NCBI GenBank assembly: GCA_902569615.1
Contig: CACFUX010000002.1
Location: 739 to 64,738 of the forward strand
DNA: 64,000 bases
Direction of reading: 5' to 3'
Origin: an uncultured Pelagibacteraceae bacterium
GTDB taxonomy: Bacteria; Pseudomonadota; Alphaproteobacteria; Pelagibacterales; Pelagibacteraceae
In this document: one piece after another, positions 10,256 to 20,126 of the stretch
Position numbering within the stretch: position 1 is the stretch's first letter
Layout: every line of letters begins with the position of its first letter
Position numbers and translations under genes: made by a program
The notes under the pieces: model-generated
Databases searched by the model: none
What the model saw: the letters and a program-made list of their open reading frames with translations, nothing else
Told to the model about the DNA's origin: nothing

Positions 10256-11128
10256 ATGGCAAACAATAAATTAGCAATAATTGGTGGTAGCGGCTTGTAT
10301 GATGTTGAGGAATTCAAAGAAAGAGAGCTGCTAGATATGAATACGCCATGGGGAAAGCCTTCTGATCAAATCTTAAAAACAAATTATAAAAATAAAGAAG
10401 TTTACTTTTTGCCAAGACATGGAAGAGGTCATTTTATAAATCCATCAAATATAAATTTTAGAGCCAATATAGATGCTCTAAAACAACTTGGCGTAACAGA
10501 TATCGTATCAGTATCAGCAGTTGGTTCATTAAAAGAAGATTTACCGCCAGGAAAATTTGTTATAGTTGATCAATTTATTGATAGAACCTTTGCAAGAAAA
10601 AAAACCTTTTTTGATGATGAAATAGTAGCTCACGTTTCTATGGCTCATCCAACATCGAATGGATTAATGAATGCTTGTGAAGAGGCTATAAAAAAAGAAA
10701 ATATAGAATATCAAAGAGGTGGTACTTACGTTGTTATGGAAGGACCTCAATTTTCAACATTAGCAGAGTCAAATTTGTACAGATCGTGGAAAGCAGATGT
10801 TATTGGTATGACCAACATGCCAGAAGCAAAATTAGCAAGAGAAGCTGAAATTAGATATGCATCTGTTTCAATGGTGACAGATTATGATTGTTGGCATCCT
10901 GATCACGAAAATGTAGATGTTCAACAAGTTATAAAAATTCTTTTAGGAAATGCTGCTAAAGCAAAAAATATGATTAAAAATTTAATTGAAAATTTTGAAA
11001 AACATATAGATCGAAAAGATCCTACAAATAATTGTTTAGATGTAGCAATAATTACTGCTCCTGAAAAAAGAACTCAAAAGACTAAAGATAAATTAAAAAC
11101 AATAGCTGGGAGAGCTTTAAATAAGTGA
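10256..11128 (+). CDS. mtnP: S-methyl-5'-thioadenosine phosphorylase
   Basis: IIGGSGLY, LPRHGRGH, EGPQFST, GMTNMPEAKLAREAE and VTDYDCW motifs. Confidence 0.95.
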   Translation: MANNKLAIIGGSGLYDVEEFKERELLDMNTPWGKPSDQILKTNYKNKEVYFLPRHGRGHFINPSNINFRANIDALKQLGVTDIVSVSAVGSLKEDLPPGKFVIVDQFIDRTFARKKTFFDDEIVAHVSMAHPTSNGLMNACEEAIKKENIEYQRGGTYVVMEGPQFSTLAESNLYRSWKADVIGMTNMPEAKLAREAEIRYASVSMVTDYDCWHPDHENVDVQQVIKILLGNAAKAKNMIKNLIENFEKHIDRKDPTNNCLDVAIITAPEKRTQKTKDKLKTIAGRALNK

Positions 11129-11577
11129 ATAAAAAAATTATTTTAAATGGATCTTGCAGTTGTGGAAACGTGAAATACAAAATTATAAATGAGCCTTTAT
11201 TTACCCAAGCGTGTCATTGTAAAGATTGTAAAAAATCAACAGGATCTTCATTTGTCATCCACACAATGGTTCTCCCATATGAATTTCAATCAAGTGGTGA
11301 CGTTGCTTCTACAGAATTACCCACAGGTAGTGGAAAAGGTGTAAATGCTTATTTTTGTAAAATTTGTGGGGTTTATGTTTTTTGTAAATATAATGTTTCT
11401 GAAGGAAGAATTGCAGTTAGAACTAAAACCCTCGAAAATCCTATAGAACCACAAGCACACATTTTTGTTAAAGATAAAGATCCATGGATAGAAATTAAAG
11501 ATAAATCAATTTGCTACGACAAAATGTACGATAGGGAAAAAACATGGTCAAAGGAAAGTCTTGAGAGAATTAAATGA
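11125..11577 (+). CDS. GFA/CENP-V family Zn-binding protein
   Basis: GSCSCG, CHCKDCKK and FCKICG cysteine pattern; overlaps both neighbours by 4 bp. Confidence 0.88.
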   Translation: MNKKIILNGSCSCGNVKYKIINEPLFTQACHCKDCKKSTGSSFVIHTMVLPYEFQSSGDVASTELPTGSGKGVNAYFCKICGVYVFCKYNVSEGRIAVRTKTLENPIEPQAHIFVKDKDPWIEIKDKSICYDKMYDREKTWSKESLERIK

Positions 11578-12644
11578 AAATAGAAGGAAAAGAATACCGT
11601 ACAATATGGTTTGAAAACAATGTTGTAAAAATTATTGATCAAACCAAACTTCCACATCAATTTATAATTAAAGATCTTAAAACGGTAAAAGATGCGATTA
11701 GTGCTATAAAAACTATGGAAGTTAGAGGCGCGCCTTTAATAGGTGCAACTGCAGCCTATGGATTGGTTTTATCGATTATTGAAAATAATGATCAATCTTT
11801 TTTAAAAAAATCCGCAGAAGATTTAATTAATTCAAGACCAACGGCAATAAACTTAAAGTGGGCAGTTGATAGAATGTTAAATAAATTATCAGGTGTTAAT
11901 AGTGACAAAATTTTAGAAATAGCATTAAAAGAATCAAAGGAAATTTGTGATGAAGATATTAATTTTTGCAAAAATATTGGACTAAATGGTCTTAAAATAA
12001 TTGAAGAAATCTATAACAAAAAAAAAGATACAGTAAATATTTTAACCCATTGCAATGCTGGATGGCTTGCGACAATTAATTGGGGAACTGCAACTTCTCC
12101 AATCTATCATGCTCATAAAAAAGGTATACCAGTTCATGTATGGGCTGACGAAACTAGACCAAGAAATCAAGGAGCCAATTTAACTTCTTATGAATTAAAC
12201 GAGGAACGAGTTCCAAATACAATTATTGCAGATAATACTGGTGGTATTTTAATGCAAAGAGGCGAAGTTGATATGTGCATTGTTGGAACGGACAGAACGT
12301 TAGCCAACGGAGACGTTTGTAATAAAATTGGAACTTATTTAAAAGCTTTAGCTGCCAAAGATAACAATGTCCCATTTTATGTGGCTTTACCTAGCTCAAC
12401 AATTGATTGGGATATTAAAAATTACAAAGATATACCAATAGAAGAAAGAAACTCAGAAGAATTATCGCATATTGAAGGGTTGGACGAAAAAGGAAATGTA
12501 AAAAAAATTCAAATATATCCAAAAAAAAGTAAATCAATGAACTTAGCTTTTGATGTAACACCTGCAAAATATGTAACAGGTTTAATCACTGAAAAAGGAG
12601 TATGCGAAGCATCAGAAAAAGGATTAAAAAATTTATTTAAATGA
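11574..12644 (+). CDS. mtnA: S-methyl-5-thioribose-1-phosphate isomerase
   Basis: MEVRGAPLIG, RPTAINL, LTHCNAGWLA, DETRPRNQG and NKIGTY motifs. Confidence 0.96.
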   Translation: MKIEGKEYRTIWFENNVVKIIDQTKLPHQFIIKDLKTVKDAISAIKTMEVRGAPLIGATAAYGLVLSIIENNDQSFLKKSAEDLINSRPTAINLKWAVDRMLNKLSGVNSDKILEIALKESKEICDEDINFCKNIGLNGLKIIEEIYNKKKDTVNILTHCNAGWLATINWGTATSPIYHAHKKGIPVHVWADETRPRNQGANLTSYELNEERVPNTIIADNTGGILMQRGEVDMCIVGTDRTLANGDVCNKIGTYLKALAAKDNNVPFYVALPSSTIDWDIKNYKDIPIEERNSEELSHIEGLDEKGNVKKIQIYPKKSKSMNLAFDVTPAKYVTGLITEKGVCEASEKGLKNLFK

Positions 12645-13306
12645 ATAATCTAAAAGAAAGGCAAGAAGTAATAGAGTATTCAATAAAATTGAATACTACT
12701 AACTTATCTCCATTAAGATCAGGTAATATTTCTGTTAGAGGAATAGAAAATGGTGTTGAAGGTTTTTTTATAACTCCTTCTGGTAAAAAATATGAAACAT
12801 TAAAACCAGAAGACATAGTTTTTCTATCATTAAGTGAAGAGAAGGATTTTCTTTCTTGGTATAATTCTGGAAAAAATCCATCTTCAGAATGGAGATTTCA
12901 TCAAGATATTTACAAACATAAAAGAACAGCGCATGCTATAGTTCATACACACTCTCCTCACGCGTCAGCTGTATCATCTCACGGAAAACCAATACCTGCT
13001 TTTCACTACATGATAGCTCTAGCAGGAGGGGATGATATAAAATGCGCAGAATACGCAACATTTGGAACAAGAGAACTTTCTCAAAATATAATTAATGCGT
13101 TAGAAAAAAGAAAAGCATGCCTGATGTCAAATCACGGTCAGGTTGCCTTTGGGTATAATTTGAAACAAGCATTTGAACTTGCACAAGAAGTAGAAAATAT
13201 TTGCCAACAATATGTTATTGCTCTAAAGTTAGGAAAACCTAAGATTCTTTCTTTTGCAGAAATGGAAAAAATTTTAGACAAAGTAAAAAATTATAAAAGC
13301 GGGTAA
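12641..13306 (+). CDS. Class II aldolase (FucA/Ald2-like)
   Basis: SGNISVR, PSSEWRFH, HTHS, AFHYMIA and NHGQ motifs; follows mtnA. Confidence 0.88.
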   Translation: MNNLKERQEVIEYSIKLNTTNLSPLRSGNISVRGIENGVEGFFITPSGKKYETLKPEDIVFLSLSEEKDFLSWYNSGKNPSSEWRFHQDIYKHKRTAHAIVHTHSPHASAVSSHGKPIPAFHYMIALAGGDDIKCAEYATFGTRELSQNIINALEKRKACLMSNHGQVAFGYNLKQAFELAQEVENICQQYVIALKLGKPKILSFAEMEKILDKVKNYKSG

Positions 13307-13310
13307 TAAT

Positions 13311-14351
13311 ATGATTAAAGTAGGGGAGCATGTTACCTTAGATATAATTGGTACAAAAAAAGAATATGATCCTTCTTTTTTTGAGGGTTTAGTTCATAAA
13401 ATAGCAGATAAAGCAAAAGTAACGGTTTTAAATATTGCTAAATATAAATTTGAACCACAAGGATTTACCTTAGTAGCTTTATTAGCAGAAAGCCATATTA
13501 GCTTTCATACCTATCCAGAAAAAGAAATAATTAGTTTTGATTTTTATACTTGTGGGACAGTATCCCCTTCAATTGCTTTAGAAGTTATAAAAAAAGAAAT
13601 AGAGCACAAAAGGATAATTAAAAAAGAATTAAACAGAGATACAATTTCTTTTTATCATGACACAACAAGTACGAAAGGATTAAAGAAAAATTATCTAGTA
13701 AAAGAAGTTCTAGAAGATTTTACATCTAAAGTTGGCCAACATATTGAAATACTTAATCTTGTAGAATATGGAAAATCATTATTCATTGATAATGATTTAC
13801 AAGTCGCAGAAAGTGATGAGCATATTTATAGTGGAACCTTTGTAAATTCTGCATTGAAATTAAACAAAAGTAAAGATAGAGCAGCAATTATTGGTGGCGG
13901 TGATGGAGGAGTTGCACGAGAGTGTATATCTAAAGGCTTCGGTTTTATTGATTGGTATGAATTAGATCCTGAAGTTGTTGAGGTTTGTAAAAAGCATATT
14001 GGTTCTATTGGAAAAAATGCAACTGAGAAAAATTCTGTAAAATGTGTTTGGGGAGACGCTTTTGAAAGTATTAAAAAAGTTGAAGATGATGCTTATGACA
14101 AGATATTTATTGATTTAAACGATGATCAATTCTGCATTGATCTTGCAGCAAAAAATATGAGTTCATTAGTAAGAATTTTAAAACCTGATGGAGTCATAAC
14201 TGCACAAGTAGGAAGCCAAGATAAGAAACCAAAGCAAGTTGATAACTGGCTAAAAGTTTTTAACAAGAACTTCGGAAATGCTACTTTAGATAGAGTTTAT
14301 ATCCCAAGCTTTGATAGTTCTTGGAATTTTTACTCATCAATTAACCACTAA
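13311..14351 (+). CDS. S-adenosylmethionine decarboxylase / spermidine synthase (SpeD-SpeE) fusion
   Basis: N-terminal LAESHISFHTYPE pyruvoyl cleavage motif and YTCG. C-terminal IIGGGDGG and ELDPEVV aminopropyltransferase motifs. Confidence 0.88.
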   Translation: MIKVGEHVTLDIIGTKKEYDPSFFEGLVHKIADKAKVTVLNIAKYKFEPQGFTLVALLAESHISFHTYPEKEIISFDFYTCGTVSPSIALEVIKKEIEHKRIIKKELNRDTISFYHDTTSTKGLKKNYLVKEVLEDFTSKVGQHIEILNLVEYGKSLFIDNDLQVAESDEHIYSGTFVNSALKLNKSKDRAAIIGGGDGGVARECISKGFGFIDWYELDPEVVEVCKKHIGSIGKNATEKNSVKCVWGDAFESIKKVEDDAYDKIFIDLNDDQFCIDLAAKNMSSLVRILKPDGVITAQVGSQDKKPKQVDNWLKVFNKNFGNATLDRVYIPSFDSSWNFYSSINH

Positions 14352-14421
14352 TTTTATCTTTTTTAATCTCAAATTTTGTGGAATAATGTATTTTAATTAA
14401 TATTAATTATAGGGGAAAACA

Positions 14422-15285
14422 ATGAAATTGAAAAAAATTATATTAAGCATGTTTGCTTCAATATTTCTTTTTAGTTCAACTCTATCAGCAGATACAATTA
14501 GAATTGCAACTGAAGGTGCATACCCTCCGTGGAACTCTAAAGCTGAAGACGGAAAACTAATCGGATTTGAAGTTGAACTTGCAAACTGGCTATGTATTTA
14601 CATGGAAAGAAATTGCCAAATCGTTGAACAAGACTGGGATGGAATGATTCCAGCTTTAAGAATGAGAAAATACGATGCTATTATGGCAGGTATGTCTATT
14701 ACTGATGAAAGAAAAAAAGTTATAACTTTTTCACAAGGTTATGCTGATGAAGTTGCATCTCTTGCAGTTATGAAAGGTTCTGATCTTGAAGGAATGGATA
14801 CACCAGAAGGTATAAATTTATCTTTAGGTGGAAAAGATGTTAAGGCTGCTCTTAAAACTATTACAGGAGCTTTAGCTGGTAAAACTGTTTGTACACAGAC
14901 TGGAACAATTCACCAAAACTTTTTAGAGTCAGGCGATGTAGGATCAGTTGATGTAAGAACTTACAAAACTCAAGATGAAGTAAACCTAGATCTAGCAGCA
15001 GGTAGATGTGATGCAGCATTAGCTGCAGCTGTAGCATTTACTGATTACGCTGAAAAATCTGGAAAAAATGTTGTGTTAGTTGGACCAACTTTTTCAGGTG
15101 GACATTTTGGTAATGGTGTAGGTGTTGGTTTAAGACAAGACGCACAATTTGGTTCAGACTCTGCTCTTGGAAAAAGAGATGCCCAATTACTTAAAGATTT
15201 CAATGCAGCTATTGATAAAGCAAGAGAAGCTGGAAAAATTAGCGAACTTGCCACTAAGTGGTTTGGCTTTGACGCATCAATGTAA
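14422..15285 (+). CDS. Polar amino acid ABC transporter substrate-binding protein (arginine/octopine type)
   Basis: Signal peptide; ATEGAYPPWN, QDWDGMIPAL and MSITDERKK (SBP family 3). Confidence 0.9.
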   Translation: MKLKKIILSMFASIFLFSSTLSADTIRIATEGAYPPWNSKAEDGKLIGFEVELANWLCIYMERNCQIVEQDWDGMIPALRMRKYDAIMAGMSITDERKKVITFSQGYADEVASLAVMKGSDLEGMDTPEGINLSLGGKDVKAALKTITGALAGKTVCTQTGTIHQNFLESGDVGSVDVRTYKTQDEVNLDLAAGRCDAALAAAVAFTDYAEKSGKNVVLVGPTFSGGHFGNGVGVGLRQDAQFGSDSALGKRDAQLLKDFNAAIDKAREAGKISELATKWFGFDASM

Positions 15286-15296
15286 ATTTAAATTTT

Positions 15297-15324
15297 AAAA
15301 GGCGGTTTAAATTAACCGCCTTTT
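15297..15324 (+). terminator. Intrinsic terminator / mRNA-stabilising hairpin after the SBP gene
   Basis: aaaaggcggtt-taaatt-aaccgcctttt, a perfect inverted repeat with a T tail. Confidence 0.8.
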
Positions 15325-15327
15325 ATT

Positions 15328-16020
15328 ATGGACTTAATATCATTCGGAGATAAAGGTTGGGGTGACGAGCTTTTTATAGCTACACTCATGACAATTGCTG
15401 TTGCAATTACAGCAATGCTAATTGGTTTTTTATTTGCGTTAATTTTTACACCTTTAAAACTTTCAAAATATAAAATCTTAAATTTAATAGCTAATTTTTA
15501 CACTACTGTTGTTAGAGGGGTTCCTGAACTTTTAGTTATTTATCTTTTCTTTTTTGGTGGAAGTGGTGCAATAATGTATGTTGCACAAATTTTTGGTTAT
15601 TATGATTATATCGAAATTAATGCTTTTTTAACTGGAGCTATTTCAATTGGAATTATTTCTGGTGCTTATTCAACTGAAGTCTTTAGAGGCGCTATCCAAT
15701 CAATAGATAAAGGGCAGTTTGAAGCTTGTAATGTTTTAGGGTTAAAAAAATATGTTTACTTTTTTAAAGTGATTATGCCTCAAATGTTAAGGCTCGCAAT
15801 ACCCAATCTAAGCAATGTTTGGCAAATAACTTTAAAAGATACTTCTTTAATCTCGGTTACAGGATTAGTAGAAATTATGAGACAATCATACATTGCAGCA
15901 GGTTCAACAAGAGACCCTCTATTCTTTTATTCTTTCGCAGCACTTTTATATCTGATGCTCACTTATTTGAGTATGAAATTAATTAATAGATTAGAAAAAA
16001 ACTATAGCAGAGGTTATTGA
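15328..16020 (+). CDS. Polar amino acid ABC transporter permease (HisQ/OccQ-like)
   Basis: YTTVVRGVPEL, GAYSTEVFRG and KGQFEA motifs. Confidence 0.9.
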   Translation: MDLISFGDKGWGDELFIATLMTIAVAITAMLIGFLFALIFTPLKLSKYKILNLIANFYTTVVRGVPELLVIYLFFFGGSGAIMYVAQIFGYYDYIEINAFLTGAISIGIISGAYSTEVFRGAIQSIDKGQFEACNVLGLKKYVYFFKVIMPQMLRLAIPNLSNVWQITLKDTSLISVTGLVEIMRQSYIAAGSTRDPLFFYSFAALLYLMLTYLSMKLINRLEKNYSRGY

Positions 16021-16694
16021 TGGATTTAGAATTAATAATAACAAGTTTCCCTAAATTACTTAGTGCTACAGTGGTAACTTTAAAACTTTTATCTGCATCA
16101 CTTTTCTTTGGTTTAATTTTGGGATTATTATTTGCAATTTTACGATTAAACAATAATAAATTAGTAAGTGGCTTTGCATATGTATACTCTTATATTTTTA
16201 GAGGAACACCACTTCTAGTTCAGATATTTATTATTTATTTTGGTCTTGGACAAATTGAGTACTTAAGAACAACGTTTTTATGGGTAGTATTAAAAGAACC
16301 ATATTGGTGCGCAATTATTGCTTTTTCGTTAAATACTGGAGCATATACTTCTGAAATTTTAAGATCAGCATTTCAAACAATTAAGCCAGGATTAATTGAA
16401 GCAGGTAAAAGTTTAGGGTTAAATAAAATATATATTTTTACAAAAGTTCAAGTTCCAATTGCAATTAAACAATCTTTACCAGCATATGGCAATGAAATAA
16501 TATTAATGTTAAAAGGAACTTCTCTTGCAAGTACTGTAACTCTTTTAGACATAACAGGTGTTGCTAAGTTTATAATTTCTACAACTTTTAGACCAATCGA
16601 AGTTTTTATAGTAGCAGGAAGTATTTATTTATTTATAACTTTTTTAGTTCACAACCTAATAAAATATTTGGAAAAAAAATACAGGTATCAATAA
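16020..16694 (+). CDS. Polar amino acid ABC transporter permease (HisM/OccM-like)
   Basis: FRGTPLLVQ, NTGAYTSEILR and LKGTSLAS motifs; ATG overlaps the upstream TGA. Confidence 0.9.
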   Translation: MDLELIITSFPKLLSATVVTLKLLSASLFFGLILGLLFAILRLNNNKLVSGFAYVYSYIFRGTPLLVQIFIIYFGLGQIEYLRTTFLWVVLKEPYWCAIIAFSLNTGAYTSEILRSAFQTIKPGLIEAGKSLGLNKIYIFTKVQVPIAIKQSLPAYGNEIILMLKGTSLASTVTLLDITGVAKFIISTTFRPIEVFIVAGSIYLFITFLVHNLIKYLEKKYRYQ

Positions 16695-17077
16695 ACAGTA
16701 TATTCTTTTATTTCTTTTATTTTTGAGCCAGTATGGTTATTAATTTCTAGTTTAATTTTAGCTCTATCATCATTTAAAAAATGAACATCTCTAGAAAGTT
16801 TTATAAATTTCTCCCCAAAATCTTTATTTTTTTCACACATTCTCTTATCATCTTCAATAATCCATAGCTTAGAATTAATTTCTTTAAGTGAATTAAAAAG
16901 TTTTTTTAATTTTTCATCATTTTTAACATTTTTATCTAATTCAGCTTTTAAAATGTTATATTCATCTTTAATAAATTTAAGACTTTCAGTATTTTTAATT
17001 TTTTCTTGCTTGATTTCTAAAATAGAAATCTTATCTAAAAGCTCACCAACCGATACTTCAACTAGAATTTTATTCAT
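16688..17077 (-). CDS. Conserved hypothetical protein (DUF6165-like)
   Basis: VSVGELLDKISILEIK, LWIIEDDKR and NDDRAKIKLEIN...EIKEY motifs. Confidence 0.7.
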   Translation of the reverse strand: MNKILVEVSVGELLDKISILEIKQEKIKNTESLKFIKDEYNILKAELDKNVKNDEKLKKLFNSLKEINSKLWIIEDDKRMCEKNKDFGEKFIKLSRDVHFLNDDRAKIKLEINNHTGSKIKEIKEYTVY

Positions 17078-17109
17078 AAAATTTTATAGTGTGTTAAGTT
17101 GTTAAAAAT

Positions 17110-18045
17110 ATGTCTAATATTTTAATCATAAAACATGGTTCTTTAGGAGATATAGCCCAAGCTTGTGGTGCTATTCAAGATATATCTGAGAACCATAATA
17201 ATGATCAAATATATTTGTTAACAACAAAGCCATATTTTGATTTATTTAAAAAAAATCCCCATATAGCAGATGTAATCCTAGATAAGAGATTATCTAGATT
17301 TAATCTTATCTATCTTTATTTTTTGATGAGAAAAATAAAACAACTTAAAATTTCCAAGGTTTACGATTTACAAAATTCTTCAAGAACGAGTTTTTATAAA
17401 AAAATTTTATTTCCAAATTCGAATTTTAACACGTGGTCGTCATCTGAAACAACAATTCCAAAAGACAAAACAAAAGAAGAATTTGATAAAAAATCTGTTC
17501 TGGAAAGATTTAACCATCAACTACAAACTTCAGAAATAAATATCAAACATACAATGTTTCCTGATTTTTCTTGGAGTTGTACGGATATATCTAAAATAAA
17601 ATCAGAGTATAAATTAGAAAAATATATTGTCTTATTCCCATTTTGCTCACCTCATCTTTCTCAAAAAAAGTGGCCTTATTACAATGAGTTAATTGAAAAA
17701 ATCAAAAGCCAATATAATGATCAGTTTCAGATTGTAGTAGCACCAGGGCCTAAAGAAATTAATGAGTCAAAAGATATTAATGCGTTATGTATTTTAGATA
17801 ACGGAAAAGCTTTAGATATTTCTCAACTTTCATCATTAATTAAAGATAGTTCGTTTGTTATTGCAAACGATACAGGTCCTGCACATATGGCTGCACATTT
17901 AGGAGCCAAAGGTTTAACTTTATTTGGATCTCACACTACAGCTTACAAAGTTAGTATTGAAAGAGAAAATTTTAAAGCAATTCAAGTTAATGATTTAACA
18001 AAACTAACTACGAACAAAGTTTTGGAAAAAATTAATTTAAATTAA
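17110..18045 (+). CDS. Glycosyltransferase family 9 (heptosyltransferase-like)
   Basis: IIKHGSLGD, DLQ, KKWP and ANDTGPAHMAA motifs. Confidence 0.9.
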   Translation: MSNILIIKHGSLGDIAQACGAIQDISENHNNDQIYLLTTKPYFDLFKKNPHIADVILDKRLSRFNLIYLYFLMRKIKQLKISKVYDLQNSSRTSFYKKILFPNSNFNTWSSSETTIPKDKTKEEFDKKSVLERFNHQLQTSEINIKHTMFPDFSWSCTDISKIKSEYKLEKYIVLFPFCSPHLSQKKWPYYNELIEKIKSQYNDQFQIVVAPGPKEINESKDINALCILDNGKALDISQLSSLIKDSSFVIANDTGPAHMAAHLGAKGLTLFGSHTTAYKVSIERENFKAIQVNDLTKLTTNKVLEKINLN

Positions 18046-18455
18046 ATATAAATTTTATCTGCTAATCCGTAACAAAGAATTGCACTTAAAATTGTAAAAA
18101 CTAATGGTGCAATTACACCTTCGTTTGAGTCATTTTTTATTCCAGTTTTATCAATCTTTATAGAATAGGTATTTACTAAAAAGATGCATAAGTTTTGTAC
18201 AAAAACTAAGTTAAAAAATGCCCATGTTCCCTCAACTCCTCCTGGTCTAACAAACATAATGTAAATTGCCATTAAGACTGCGCCGAGAAAAAGAGCTCCA
18301 GACATTCTAATCATAGTAGATGCTGTTTCATCTATTTGAAATTTTTCACGAAATTTTTTTGTTCCTATTATTAACTGGAAAGCGTAAACACCTAATCCAA
18401 TAAAATGAACTAAGAAAATTATTAAGTAGATTATTCCATTAAATTTATCGATCAT
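18042..18455 (-). CDS. Hypothetical membrane protein (about four TM helices)
   Basis: 137-aa ORF with hydrophobic segments, co-oriented with the neighbouring minus-strand genes. Confidence 0.7.
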   Translation of the reverse strand: MIDKFNGIIYLIIFLVHFIGLGVYAFQLIIGTKKFREKFQIDETASTMIRMSGALFLGAVLMAIYIMFVRPGGVEGTWAFFNLVFVQNLCIFLVNTYSIKIDKTGIKNDSNEGVIAPLVFTILSAILCYGLADKIYI

Positions 18456-18467
18456 AGAATCAGTTTA

Positions 18468-19550
18468 TCATAAAACTTTTAAATATTCTTTAACAATCTT
18501 GTCCCAATGAAAGTTTAATGAGTATTCTTTAGCTTTTTTTCCTAGTTCTAAATATGAATTATTTTTTAAAATTGAATCTAAGCTAGTATAGATATCATCT
18601 AAATTGTTTCCATCGCAAATAATACCAGTTTCATTATGTTTTATTGCATCAGATGCCCCACCATCTTTACCACCAAGAGAAGGAACTCCAAACTGTCCAG
18701 CTTCAATATAAGCTATTCCAAAACCCTCAACAGAAGTTTTATGGATTATAGAAGGCATCACAAATACATTAGATTTTGCAACTAAAGCGTTTTTTAAATT
18801 ATGTGAGATGTTTTTTAAAAATACTACTTGATCATTTAAATCAAGTTCTTTCGATAAATTTTTAATATTTTCTTCCTCTTCACCATAGCCAATGCATGTA
18901 TAAACTATATTAGGATAAATTTGTTTTAGATTTCTTAAAGCCATTATTACTTTTTCATGGTTTTTTCTTTTGTCAAATCTTGAAACTGTTACCAGTCTGG
19001 GATTTTTATTCTTAAGAATTTTTTCAGCCTCATCTAATGAATTTTTATCAATTTTATTTGTAGGAAAAATACCAGGATTTATCACAATAATTTTTTTTGG
19101 ATCTAAACCAATTTCTATTGCAAGATTTTTTGTATATTCAGAATTTGATATTACTAAATCAACATTTTTAAATGAATTGACAACTCTTCTATTAGCAAAG
19201 GATCCTTTTTTATGGTTTATTTCTTTTGAATGAATTAAACAAATTTTTTTCTTTTCTGTTTTTATTAGCTCTAAACTTTTCCAATGATCGGCAATAATAC
19301 AATTTATATTTTTATTTTTTTTTATAAATTCATTAACAAGATAAGATTTTCTATGTTTTCTAAATAACTTTATTCCACCAACTCTATCAATAGAAAAAGA
19401 TACTTTTTGATCATGCTCTTTATAATTTTCATGAAAGTCGGCGAATACTTTTACTAAATTATATTTTGCTAAAGAGCAGGTAAGTCCCCACATCAAGTTT
19501 TGCATTCCGCCAATTTCTGGAGGAAAAGATCTAGTAACTATTAAATACAT
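18468..19550 (-). CDS. Glycosyltransferase family 4
   Basis: FPPEIGGMQ, VSRFDKRKN and EGFGIAYIEAG motifs. Confidence 0.9.
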   Translation of the reverse strand: MYLIVTRSFPPEIGGMQNLMWGLTCSLAKYNLVKVFADFHENYKEHDQKVSFSIDRVGGIKLFRKHRKSYLVNEFIKKNKNINCIIADHWKSLELIKTEKKKICLIHSKEINHKKGSFANRRVVNSFKNVDLVISNSEYTKNLAIEIGLDPKKIIVINPGIFPTNKIDKNSLDEAEKILKNKNPRLVTVSRFDKRKNHEKVIMALRNLKQIYPNIVYTCIGYGEEEENIKNLSKELDLNDQVVFLKNISHNLKNALVAKSNVFVMPSIIHKTSVEGFGIAYIEAGQFGVPSLGGKDGGASDAIKHNETGIICDGNNLDDIYTSLDSILKNNSYLELGKKAKEYSLNFHWDKIVKEYLKVL

Positions 19551-20107
19551 TAATTATTTAACCACTTTATATTACAACCCATGCTTGGAATTTGATTTTC
19601 TGGTCCTTTACCGGTTTCGGAAATTTGTTTCATAGCTTTAAATAGTTCACTTTCTCCGCTTCTCACTGGTTTTAAATCCTTTAATTCCCTAATTCTCCCT
19701 CTGTATTGTAATTCTAAATTTTCATTGTAACCAAAAAAATCTGGAGTACATACAGCATCATAATTTTTTGCAACTTCTTGAGTTTCATCAATTAGGTATG
19801 GAAATTTAAATTTATTCTCTTCTGAAAATTTTATCATATTATCAAATGAGTCTTCAGGATAATTTTTTACATCATTTGAGCTTATGGCTACTGATTTTAC
19901 TCCAAAATTATTTAAGTTATTTGTATCTTCAACAATATCTTTGATAACTGCTTTGACATAAGGACAATGATTACAAATGAACATTATTAAAGTTCCATTT
20001 TCCCCTTTGATGTCGTTTAATGAAATTATTTTGTTATCAGTTGATTTTAATTGGAAATTTTCAGCTTTTTTCCCAAAATCACATATTGGAGTTTTTGTTA
20101 GCGCCAT
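19550..20107 (-). CDS. Thioredoxin-like AhpC/TSA family protein
   Basis: FICNHCPYV, AVCTPDFF and PSMGCNIKW motifs. Confidence 0.9.
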   Translation of the reverse strand: MALTKTPICDFGKKAENFQLKSTDNKIISLNDIKGENGTLIMFICNHCPYVKAVIKDIVEDTNNLNNFGVKSVAISSNDVKNYPEDSFDNMIKFSEENKFKFPYLIDETQEVAKNYDAVCTPDFFGYNENLELQYRGRIRELKDLKPVRSGESELFKAMKQISETGKGPENQIPSMGCNIKWLNN

Positions 20108-20126
20108 GTTAAGTATTATATAAGAT

